A stretch of 64,000 nucleotides of DNA from the NCBI GenBank assembly GCA_947166565.1, contig CAMVEL010000007.1, forward strand, positions 7,323 to 71,322, given 5' to 3'. The position numbers and the translations under genes are program-made. Source of the DNA: an uncultured Erysipelotrichaceae bacterium. GTDB lineage: Bacteria > Bacillota_I > Bacilli_A > RFN20 > CAG-826. Below, piece by piece: positions 50,609 to 57,999 of this stretch; the first letter of the stretch is position 1, and the number at the start of each line of letters is the position of its first letter. A model generated the notes under the pieces. The model saw only the letters and a list, made by a program, of their open reading frames with translations. It ran no database searches and had not been told where the DNA came from.

Positions 50609-52093
50609 ATGGAAGAAAAAATGAATGATCAAGAATTAGCCCGCTTCAATAAGCTGGAAAGATATAAAGAACTTGGCGTCGATCCCTTTGGGAAGCGTTA
50701 CGAATGGAAAGACAAAATTGCCGATATTCGTGCTCAATACGGCGCTTTAAGCGATGAAGAACTTAGCGAAAAGCAGATTACTGTTAACGTTGCCGGAAGG
50801 CTAATGGCCATCCGCTTAATGGGCAAGGCCAGTTTTGTCAATTTAAGAGACGATACTGATGCCATCCAAGGTTGGATTGGACTCAACGTTGTCGGCGAAG
50901 AAGGCTATACGGTTTTTAAGCTTGCTGATACGGGCGATATCGTTGGTCTTGAAGGCACGCTCATGCGTTCTAGAACAGGCGAGCTTACCATCAGAGTTAC
51001 CAAGTTCACCCACATCTCCAAATGCCTTAAGCCACTCCCAGAAAAGTATCATGGCCTAACCGACACCGAAGAGAGGTATCGCCACCGTTACTTAGACATG
51101 ATCATCAACCCAGAGTCCAGGAGAATCGCGGTTTTACGTTCTCATATCGTTTCGGAAATCCGTCGTTATTGTGATGCCCTTGGCTTCTTGGAAATCGAGA
51201 CTCCGATTCTCTCGCCAATCGCAGGGGGCGCGGCCGCTAAACCATTCATTACTCACCACAATGCCCTCGATAAGGATTTCTATCTTCGCATCGCGACCGA
51301 GTTAAACCTAAAAAAGGCAATGATTGGTGGCATTGACCGCGTCTATGAAATCGGGCGCATCTTCCGCAACGAAGGAATCGATACCCGCCACAATCCGGAA
51401 TTCACCACCATTGAGCTTTATCAGGCTTATGGGGACCTCCGTTCCATGATGGAATGGACCGAAGGTCTATTCAAAGACGTCTGCGAGAAGGTTTTGGGCC
51501 AAGACAAAATCACTTGGGGAGAGGTCGAGATCGATTTCTCCAAACCCTTCCGTTCCATCTCCATGGCCGAAGCCATTTTGGAAAAAACCGGCATCGATTT
51601 CCGTGAAGATATTCCATTTGAAAAGGCCGTCGAACTAGCTAAAGAACACAAAGTTCCTCTTCAAAAAACATGGAATTCCACCGGTTATATCATGCAGGCA
51701 TTCTTTGACGAATTCGTTGAGAAGACGCTTATCCAACCGACCTTTATCCATACATACCCAATAGAGGTTTCACCATTAACCAAGAAGACCGAAGATCCAA
51801 GATTCGTTGACCGTTTCGAACTCTTTATCGGTGGGTTTGAGTTTGGCAATGCTTACTCTGAACTCAATAATCCCTTTGACCAGCTTGAAAGATTCGAAGC
51901 CCAACTTGCCGCTAGAGATCGTGGAGATGAAGAGGCTAACGATATCGACAATTCCTTCCTTGATGCCATGCGTTATGGCATGCCTCCAGCTGGTGGAATT
52001 GGTGTCGGTATTGACCGTATGTGCATGCTTTTCTGCAACGTCCAAAACATTCGAGAAGTCATCCTCTTCCCAACGATGAAAGACGAAAAATAA
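50609..52093 (+). CDS. lysS: Lysyl-tRNA synthetase, class II
   Basis: OB-fold plus class II motifs (FRNEGIDTRHNPEFTTIELY, GGIGVGIDRMCML). ATG 50609 lies 7 nt after AAGGAG. Confidence 0.95.
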   Translation: MEEKMNDQELARFNKLERYKELGVDPFGKRYEWKDKIADIRAQYGALSDEELSEKQITVNVAGRLMAIRLMGKASFVNLRDDTDAIQGWIGLNVVGEEGYTVFKLADTGDIVGLEGTLMRSRTGELTIRVTKFTHISKCLKPLPEKYHGLTDTEERYRHRYLDMIINPESRRIAVLRSHIVSEIRRYCDALGFLEIETPILSPIAGGAAAKPFITHHNALDKDFYLRIATELNLKKAMIGGIDRVYEIGRIFRNEGIDTRHNPEFTTIELYQAYGDLRSMMEWTEGLFKDVCEKVLGQDKITWGEVEIDFSKPFRSISMAEAILEKTGIDFREDIPFEKAVELAKEHKVPLQKTWNSTGYIMQAFFDEFVEKTLIQPTFIHTYPIEVSPLTKKTEDPRFVDRFELFIGGFEFGNAYSELNNPFDQLERFEAQLAARDRGDEEANDIDNSFLDAMRYGMPPAGGIGVGIDRMCMLFCNVQNIREVILFPTMKDEK

Positions 52094-52120
52094 AAGCCAA
52101 AAAACAATTATAAAAACAAA

Positions 52121-52155
52121 AAGCAGTTTTGGGTAAAACTCAAACTGCTTTTTTG
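52121..52155 (+). terminator. Rho-independent terminator after lysS
   Basis: AAGCAGTTT-tgggtaaaactc-AAACTGCTT followed by TTTT. Confidence 0.75.
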
Positions 52156-52216
52156 TCAATTTATTTCGGATTTTTATTTGTAAATGATGCTATTTTTGAA
52201 CTTCTTTCAGAAGTCG

Positions 52217-52245
52217 TTGATTATCGTCGTTTACATCACTATAAT
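52217..52245 (+). promoter_or_regulatory. Sigma-70-type promoter of rpsF-ssb-rpsR
   Basis: TTGATT (52217-52222), 17-nt spacer, TATAAT (52240-52245). Confidence 0.65.
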
Positions 52246-52251
52246 ACCAAC

Positions 52252-52350
52252 GCTCTCTTCCGAAGGAAAAGAGGCGCATGACTTCTATGGTCGCACGGGT
52301 TCCCTCCCGAGGCGATCCGATTAGTCCGAAACTAGGAGGTGCAAAAGATT
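52252..52350 (+). promoter_or_regulatory. Structured rpsF 5' leader (candidate S6:S18 autoregulatory element)
   Basis: A leader of about 100 nt. It contains hairpin CTCTCTTCC-gaa-GGAAAAGAG and a CCCTCCCGAGG segment whose CCTCC can pair with the SD GGAGG at 52335-52339. Confidence 0.4.
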
Positions 52351-52638
52351 ATGGGAAAGTACGAGATTATGTACATCCTCTCTGCCGAACTCGACGAAGC
52401 CGCTCGTAAAGCAGAGATCGAGAAGCTCCACGGCATTCTTACCAACGATGGTATCGAAGTTAAGAACGTCAATGAGTGGGGAGTCCGTGATTTTGCCTAT
52501 CCGATCAAAAAGCAGACCAAAGGCTACTATGTCGTCGTCAAAGTTGCTGGCGAAGCCGAAGGCCTCAAAGAATTTGATCGTTTGGCCAGGTTGGATAATG
52601 CCGTTATTCGGTTCCTTATCACCGTCGACAAAGAATAA
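52351..52638 (+). CDS. rpsF: 30S ribosomal protein S6
   Basis: MGKYEIMYIL.... The ATG at 52351 follows AGGAGGTG. The track's GTG 52339 lies inside the SD. Confidence 0.93.
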   Translation: MGKYEIMYILSAELDEAARKAEIEKLHGILTNDGIEVKNVNEWGVRDFAYPIKKQTKGYYVVVKVAGEAEGLKEFDRLARLDNAVIRFLITVDKE

Positions 52639-52658
52639 CACCTGTAGGAGGCAATATT

Positions 52659-53105
52659 ATGCTTAATTCCGTAGTGCTCGTTGGCCGCTTAACCCGCGAC
52701 CCAGAACTCCGTAAAACTCCGAACGGCTCTAGCGTTGCGAGTTTCCGCTTGGCTAGTGACGATTCCTTCTCGAAGAATGGAACAGAAAAAACGACAATCT
52801 ACATTGACGTTACAGTCTTTGGAGCCCGTGCTGACACCGTTGCGAAATATATGCGCAAAGGAAGCATGGTCGGCGTTACAGGTCGCTTAAGCCAAAGAAA
52901 ATACGTTTCCAACAAAACCAATACTGAGGTTACCGTGACAGAAATCATCGCCAACGGCGTTGAATTCATTGGGCCTAAGGCCCAAGACGCTGACGACTCT
53001 GGTTATCAACCAGACGTTCCAGCGCCATCTGCCCCGGCCACCCAGGTATCTGAATCATCCAACCTTGACGGGGTTGATATCGTCGACGACGACCTCCCCT
53101 TCTAA
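52659..53105 (+). CDS. ssb: Single-stranded DNA-binding protein
   Basis: MLNSVVLVGRLTRDPELRKT, an OB fold, and an acidic C-terminal tip DDDLPF. Confidence 0.95.
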   Translation: MLNSVVLVGRLTRDPELRKTPNGSSVASFRLASDDSFSKNGTEKTTIYIDVTVFGARADTVAKYMRKGSMVGVTGRLSQRKYVSNKTNTEVTVTEIIANGVEFIGPKAQDADDSGYQPDVPAPSAPATQVSESSNLDGVDIVDDDLPF

Positions 53106-53135
53106 GGAAGGAACATTAAGAAAGGACAAACAAGA

Positions 53136-53360
53136 ATGGCTTTTAAGAAAATGCGTTCTCGCAAGAAGCAGTGCTATTTCAAAAAGAACCACATCAAGTT
53201 CATCGATTATAAGGATGTCGAAACCCTCAAGAAATTCGTTTCTTCCGATGGCAAGATTACCCCTCGTTCCATCACCGGCACGAGCGCCAAATATCAGCGT
53301 GAACTTGCGGTTGCGATCAAGAACGCCCGTTATATGGGTCTTCTCCCAGTCGTTAAGTAA
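53136..53360 (+). CDS. rpsR: 30S ribosomal protein S18
   Basis: 74 aa ([22 protein letters not shown]...[17 protein letters not shown]). Confidence 0.95.
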   Translation: MAFKKMRSRKKQCYFKKNHIKFIDYKDVETLKKFVSSDGKITPRSITGTSAKYQRELAVAIKNARYMGLLPVVK

Positions 53361-53421
53361 ACTAGCCTGCTTGTCGCAGGACGAACCCGATTCCCCGATT
53401 TAGGACAAAACGGATTCACCT

Positions 53422-53470
53422 CGACGACGAAGCAACAAACCATCAAGACCGTCCCACGTGGGCGGTTTTC
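53422..53470 (+). repeat. Repeat copy A (GAAGCAACAAACC + CCCACGTGGG hairpin + T tract); acts as the rpsR terminator
   Basis: cgacgacGAAGCAACAAACCAtCAAGACCGTCCCACGTGGGCGGTTTTC. It differs from copy C at 1 of the last 42 nt. Confidence 0.85.
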
Positions 53471-53494
53471 TTATGTTTCTCCTCTTGCTAGTAG

Positions 53495-53622
53495 TATAAT
53501 TGGCTTGGGAATGATGTCTCCCATCTAGAAATAGAGAACCGCAATGAAGTGCTGATGACGTCTATGACTTGTTTTGTCATAGAAATCAGCGCTTTTGTTT
53601 CTATGGCAGATGGGAGGTATCG
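53495..53622 (+). promoter_or_regulatory. -10 box plus a rod-like ~110-nt leader that sequesters the antiporter SD
   Basis: The -10 box is TATAAT at 53495-53500. Stem P1, 53514-53526 (atgtCTCCCATCT), pairs with 53608-53620 (AGATGGGAGgtat), which contains the SD GGGAGG. The inner stems are 53527-53531/53598-53602, 53547-53556/53585-53594 (aagtGCTGAT/ATCAGCgctt) and 53561-53568/53576-53583 (TCTATGAC/GTCATAGA). Confidence 0.55.
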
Positions 53623-54813
53623 ATGAATATATTTCTGTCTTTGTTTATTATTTTTGGTGGTGGGATCCTCGGTGGGTTTTTATTTGAGAAGATCAAACTC
53701 CCCAAACTGGTGTGGTATATCATTCTCGGGATTCTTATTGGACCATCTTTGTTCAATATCGTTGATGATACGTTGCTGTCGGTTTCGTCTCATCTAAGGC
53801 AAATCGCTTTGGTCATCATATTGACCAGGTCAGGCCTATCTTTGAACATTAAGAACCTAAAGAAAATAGGGCGACCTGCGATATTGATGTGCTTTTTACC
53901 CGCTTGTTTTGAAATTGCGGGCATCACGATATTTGGCCCAATGCTCCTCGGGATATCCTATTTCGAAGCCTTGCTTCTTGGCTCGGTCTTGGCGGCCGTT
54001 TCGCCGGCGGTAGTGGTTCCGAGAATGATTCGCCTAATGGAAGAAGGATATGGAAAAGAACACTGCGTGCCCGAACTTGTGATGGCGGGGGCATCTTGTG
54101 ACGACATCTTTGTAATCGTACTTTTCTATTCGTTCAAGAATCTGATCGCAACGTCCACCTTTGACGCTTGGAGCGTCGGGCAAATCCCCATTTCGATCGT
54201 CTCCGGTGTCATTTTGGGCATCGGAGTAGGCTTCTTGATGGTTTTAGCCATTCGATACATGAAACTAAATAGAATCGTCCATGTCATTTTGATGCTCGGT
54301 CTCTCCTTTGGGATGCTCGCCCTCGAGAATGCCTTGAAACCGTATTTCAGCGTTTCGTCTCTATTAGCCATCATCGTCATGGCATTTGTGGTGGGCGTCT
54401 TTAAAAAAGAGGAAGCGAAGGAGATGCAGAAATCCTATAACGGCTTATGGCAAGGTTTTGAAATCCTATTGTTCGCTCTCGTTGGCATTGCGGTCGATGT
54501 TCGTTACGCTTTTTCAAAAGAAGGGGCAGTCATCGTTGGGCTGGTTTTCATTGCGTTGGTATTTAGAAGTTTAGGCGTGTTTTGCAGCATAATTGCAACG
54601 AAATTCGCTTGGAAAGAAAAACTATATATCGTCGTTTCTTATCTCCCTAAGGCGACCGTTCAAGCATCGATTGGGGCGATTGCTTTGTCCGAAGGCCTTG
54701 CTTGCGGCACGTTGGTGCTGACCGCTGCGGTGGTGGCAATATTGATAACCGCTCCATTGGGTGCGATATTGATGGATAACCTGAAAAACAAATTGCTTAA
54801 GAGGGAGGCGTAG
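53623..54813 (+). CDS. Cation:proton antiporter (Na+/H+ exchanger family)
   Basis: 396 aa, polytopic, beginning MNIFLSLFIIFGGGILGGFLFEKIKLPKLVWYIILGILIGP. ATG 53623 lies 5 nt after GGGAGG. The track's upstream TTG start lies inside the leader hairpin. Confidence 0.85.
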   Translation: MNIFLSLFIIFGGGILGGFLFEKIKLPKLVWYIILGILIGPSLFNIVDDTLLSVSSHLRQIALVIILTRSGLSLNIKNLKKIGRPAILMCFLPACFEIAGITIFGPMLLGISYFEALLLGSVLAAVSPAVVVPRMIRLMEEGYGKEHCVPELVMAGASCDDIFVIVLFYSFKNLIATSTFDAWSVGQIPISIVSGVILGIGVGFLMVLAIRYMKLNRIVHVILMLGLSFGMLALENALKPYFSVSSLLAIIVMAFVVGVFKKEEAKEMQKSYNGLWQGFEILLFALVGIAVDVRYAFSKEGAVIVGLVFIALVFRSLGVFCSIIATKFAWKEKLYIVVSYLPKATVQASIGAIALSEGLACGTLVLTAAVVAILITAPLGAILMDNLKNKLLKREA

Positions 54814-54837
54814 TTCCTTCGACTCTTTTATAGGCAA

Positions 54838-54937
54838 GAAGCAACAAATCAACAGGACCGTCCCACGTGGGGCGGTTTTTTCATGCTCGTCCGCCCCTCG
54901 TCCTGGAGTTTTCAGAAGCCATCGACGTCGAAGCTAC
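54838..54937 (+). repeat. Repeat copy B (extended): hairpin module + CCCTCGTCCTGGA + CATCGACGTCGAAGCTAC
   Basis: GAAGCAACAAAtCAACAgGACCGTCCCACGTGGgGCGGTTTTTTC, then ...CCCTCGTCCTGGA(54895-54907)...CCATCGACGtCGAAGCtAC(54919-54937). The second half parallels copy D. It sits directly downstream of the antiporter. Confidence 0.8.
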
Positions 54938-55072
54938 TTTATATACTTGTATATAACTCGTTCTGGCTAGCCCCGGTCGTCCCACGTCTCACGATCGTCC
55001 TTGTGCCGGCAAATTGTTAGGCGTCGTTGGAATCGTGTCACATGGCTCGAATATGGGCTTCGTCGGAGAGAG

Positions 55073-55136
55073 CGGAGTTTGTTCTTTTTCGGAGAATTGG
55101 CGTCGTCATGGGACAGCTTGTGTGTCAGGACGAGAG
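55073..55136 (-). repeat. Degenerate inverted copy (E) of the CTCGTCCTG ... GACGACG ... AACAAAC module
   Basis: The minus strand reads CTCTCGTCCTGacacacaagctgtcCCATGACGACGccaattctccgaaaaAGAACAAACTCC. A degenerate hairpin relic (GGTCGTCCCACGTCTCACG) lies at 54975-54993. Confidence 0.5.
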
Positions 55137-55170
55137 CAATTCTCCTCGTTCATACGAAGATCGTTCTCCC

Positions 55171-55220
55171 CGAAACACGAAGCAACAAACCAACAAGACC
55201 GTCCCACGTGGGCGGTTTTC
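55171..55220 (+). repeat. Repeat copy C; abuts the stop codon of the minus-strand ABC-2 operon
   Basis: cgaaacacGAAGCAACAAACCAaCAAGACCGTCCCACGTGGGCGGTTTTC. On the minus strand the hairpin is followed by CTTGTTGGTTTGTTGCTTC, so bidirectional terminator function is plausible. Confidence 0.85.
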
Positions 55221-55224
55221 TATT

Positions 55225-56016
55225 TCACGATCCCGTGGACTCGTAACGCCTGGCGCATAACGTCCAGATCAACGTGGCCAAAGCGAAGAAAGCAATCGCT
55301 GCTCCGACAATGATCAAGCTCAACAAGTAGGGGTTGTAACTCCCATAGAGCAAAGTATCGACCGGCAGGGAAATGAATAAGCCAAATGGCAAGATGAAGA
55401 TCAGGATGAAGCGGATCGCCTGGGGGTAGATGGCGATCGGGTATTTCGCGTAGATCGTGAAGTTATAGACGATTTGCAGCAGGGGTCCGCTTTTCTTGAA
55501 GATGAAGGCCAAGGAAGATAAAGCGATCTTGAAGGAAGTGATGATGATCGCCCCGAAGATCGCCCCGATGATCAAGACGAAGATCGCCCCAAAACTGACC
55601 GATGTCTGGAGGTTCAGCCCGCAGATGGTGATCATGGTGACCCCGACGATGATCTCGCCGAAACCATCGGGCTGGAACGTCTCCGCGAACATCTGGAAGA
55701 TCACGGGCACAGGACGCAGGAAGTGCCGGTCCATATCGCCCAATTGGACCCTTCGATAAGCAACCAGCCAGAATTCGTCGCTGAAGAGGTGATCCAAGGC
55801 GATCGGAAGCATCGAAAAACCATAGAAGAAACCGACTTCCGCGGGAGTATATCCCTTCAAAGAAGGGATGGCTTGGAGAATGAAGAAGATGGAACCCAAG
55901 GAGCAGGCATTGGAAATCAAAAAGGAAAGGATTGAGATGATCGAGTCCTTCTTATATTCCAAGCGGGACATCATGCTGCGCTTGATGCAGGTGAGATAAA
56001 GCTTCACGTATCGCAT
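55225..56016 (-). CDS. ABC-2-type transporter permease (uncharacterised ABC system)
   Basis: 263 aa, about 6 TM, last gene of a three-gene ATPase-permease-permease operon. Confidence 0.75.
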   Translation of the reverse strand: MRYVKLYLTCIKRSMMSRLEYKKDSIISILSFLISNACSLGSIFFILQAIPSLKGYTPAEVGFFYGFSMLPIALDHLFSDEFWLVAYRRVQLGDMDRHFLRPVPVIFQMFAETFQPDGFGEIIVGVTMITICGLNLQTSVSFGAIFVLIIGAIFGAIIITSFKIALSSLAFIFKKSGPLLQIVYNFTIYAKYPIAIYPQAIRFILIFILPFGLFISLPVDTLLYGSYNPYLLSLIIVGAAIAFFALATLIWTLCARRYESTGS

Positions 56017-56017
56017 C

Positions 56018-56878
56018 TTATCCTCCCTGCACCGTCACGATCTTGATCGCGTGGTTGAATAGCAATTTGCCGATGAGTTCCAATAGGACCCACCATCCGA
56101 AAGAGATGAGGATCACTTTTCCGCATTCGAGGTAATCGTATTTCATCATGAGGATGAGAATCGGGTTCTGGCTCATGCCCGCGAAGGGCATGTAGCTTAC
56201 GATTTCGCGGAAGATATTGGGGAAAAACGCGATCGGAAGCAAGGTGCCGGATAAGAAGGCGATCACCGTCGTCTTGAGCGCGTTTAAACCCCAGGCCGCG
56301 GTGGTGTAGAAGCACAAGATCCCGAAGATATAGGAAATCGCCCCATTCAATAAGCAGGCGAGGACGCTGGCGACGAGGAACAATAGGAAATGGGCGATGA
56401 AATCCCAGATTGAAGCCACGGGAAGATAGCCGATCCCAATGAGTACCCCGAGGCCCGCGGCGTACAAAGGAATCCCAAAGACCAGCGACATCATGAGGAA
56501 CGCTCCAATGTTCGAGGCGATGAATTTCCCGCGGTAGGAAATCGGCTTGATGAGGAAGTTTCCAATCGTCCCTTGCCGGATATCGCGGTTGATGAACCAC
56601 ACGGTATCGTCATTGAACGTCACGAAGCCGAAGATCGTCGTCAATACCACATAAACGATCATCTCTTTGTAGGTGAAGCCGTTGATCGAAGAATCGATCC
56701 CGCCTTCGCTACTTTGATAAACGGCGAGCCAAAGGAAAATGAGACAAGCCACTTCGGCGACGGTGACGATCGCCCAGGTGATGATGTTGAAGCGGTAGGC
56801 CATCACATCGATGGCCGACGCGCGGGCGAATGGCTTATATTTCCTCAGCCTACTCATGTTCTTCTTCCTGCTGGGCAA
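56018..56878 (-). CDS. ABC-2-type transporter permease (uncharacterised ABC system)
   Basis: 286 aa, polytopic. The start is 56878 or 56857 (MSRLRKYKPF), and either overlaps the end of the ATPase gene. Confidence 0.75.
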   Translation of the reverse strand: MPSRKKNMSRLRKYKPFARASAIDVMAYRFNIITWAIVTVAEVACLIFLWLAVYQSSEGGIDSSINGFTYKEMIVYVVLTTIFGFVTFNDDTVWFINRDIRQGTIGNFLIKPISYRGKFIASNIGAFLMMSLVFGIPLYAAGLGVLIGIGYLPVASIWDFIAHFLLFLVASVLACLLNGAISYIFGILCFYTTAAWGLNALKTTVIAFLSGTLLPIAFFPNIFREIVSYMPFAGMSQNPILILMMKYDYLECGKVILISFGWWVLLELIGKLLFNHAIKIVTVQGG

Positions 56879-57854
56879 GGATCTTCTTCACGACGTCTTC
56901 GATTGAGATGTCCGTGATTTTCATATCGATCGCGTGATATTGGGAGAAAGAGTATTGGATGATGTGCTCGAGCACGACCTTGTCCGCGTCAAATTTGAGC
57001 ATGACCTTATCTTTATGGTCTTCATCCAACTCCATCATGACGTCTTCGGAGAATGGTTTCACTTCATTCGGATCGACGCTCGGGGGGATGGTCAAGGTCA
57101 GGGTCTTGATGTTCCCGAACCGCCGCTTGATATTCCCCAACGGGCCATCATAGATGATCTTCCCTTTCTCGATCATGATGATGCGCGAGCAGAGGTTCTC
57201 AATGTCCGCCATATCATGGGTAGTGAGGACGACGGTGGTGTGGTATTTCGCGTTCAACGCGTGGATCGCCGTGCGGATCTTGTCTTTGACAAGGACATCC
57301 ATGCCGATGGTAGGTTCATCAAGGAAGAGGATCTTCGGGTTATGAAGCATCGATGCCGCCAAATCCGCGCGCATCCTTTGCCCTAAGGAAAGAGTGCGGA
57401 CCGGCTGATTCATGAATTCGTCGACGCCGAGGACGGAGGATAGGAATTGGATCCTTTCCTCATAATCGGAATCCGACACTTGATAAACCTCTTTGAGCAC
57501 TTTGAATGACTCGATCAAGGGGATGTCCCACCATAACTGGCTCTTCTGCCCGAAGACGACCCCGATGTCTTTGGCGACGATCCGGCGCTTCAGATAGGGC
57601 TCTTTGTCGTCGATCAATACCTTTCCGGAGGTGGGGGTGAGGATGCCGCACATCATCTTGATCGTGGTGGATTTCCCCGCGCCATTGGAGCCGATGTAGC
57701 CGACGATCTCGCCTTCCATGATGTCGAAAGAGACGTCATCGACGGCGCGGATCTCCGTGTATTTCCGGGAGAACAAAGTGGCAAGCATCCCAACGAGGCC
57801 TTTGCCCCTTATGGGTTTCCGAAAGATTTTGCTTAGGTTTTGGACTTGGATCAT
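56850..57854 (-). CDS. ABC transporter ATP-binding protein
   Basis: I place the start at ATG 57854 (MIQVQNLSKIF). Walker A is GSNGAGKST, the signature is LSLGQRMR, and Walker B is LFLDEPT. The 50 upstream codons of the track ORF run through repeat copy D. Confidence 0.88.
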   Translation of the reverse strand: MIQVQNLSKIFRKPIRGKGLVGMLATLFSRKYTEIRAVDDVSFDIMEGEIVGYIGSNGAGKSTTIKMMCGILTPTSGKVLIDDKEPYLKRRIVAKDIGVVFGQKSQLWWDIPLIESFKVLKEVYQVSDSDYEERIQFLSSVLGVDEFMNQPVRTLSLGQRMRADLAASMLHNPKILFLDEPTIGMDVLVKDKIRTAIHALNAKYHTTVVLTTHDMADIENLCSRIIMIEKGKIIYDGPLGNIKRRFGNIKTLTLTIPPSVDPNEVKPFSEDVMMELDEDHKDKVMLKFDADKVVLEHIIQYSFSQYHAIDMKITDISIEDVVKKILAQQEEEHE

Positions 57855-57916
57855 GTTGAGAATACCTTTGGTATCGTTCCTTATTGTACCGCAGCGGGCA
57901 AGGCAAAAGAAAGAAG

Positions 57917-57999
57917 CGTCCCTCGTGGACGGTTCTTTCGTCGTCGTGTGTCCCTCGTCCTGGAAATATTGGAAATCATCGACGACGAAGCAACAAACC
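57917..57999 (+). repeat. Repeat copy D: variant hairpin + CCCTCGTCCTGGA + CATCGACGACGAAGCAACAAACC
   Basis: CGTCC-ctcgt-GGACG (57917-57931), CCCTCGTCCTGGA (57952-57964) and CATCGACGACGAAGCAACAAACC (57977-57999). On the minus strand the hairpin is followed by CTTCTTTCTTTT, so it works as the terminator of the lipoprotein gene. Confidence 0.75.

Noticed and set aside
53555-53626. 23-codon upstream ORF (MTSMTCFVIEISAFVSMADGRYR) ending in an ATGA overlap with the antiporter start; also the mini-ORFs MMSPI and MKC
   Set aside because: None has an SD, and all lie inside the stems of the leader hairpin. They cannot be distinguished from chance, so I mention them only as a possible coupling mechanism.
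55001-55313. Three overlapping plus-strand ORFs (81, 99 and 77 aa) in the antiporter / ABC-2 gap
   Set aside because: All three frames are open simultaneously because of stop-codon depletion. There is no SD and no coding periodicity, and two of the ORFs run antisense into the ABC-2 permease. I treat the interval as non-coding (see findings).
56004-56600. 198-aa minus-strand ORF overlapping the ABC-2 permease in another frame
   Set aside because: It is an Arg/His/Pro-rich improbable sequence. The alternative frame encodes a coherent polytopic membrane protein.
53422-57999. CRISPR array or integron attC interpretation of the hairpin repeats
   Set aside because: There are only four copies, separated by whole genes rather than 25-40-nt spacers. 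No cas or intI gene is present. The flanks do not fit the attC core pattern (RYYYAAC / GTTRRRY).
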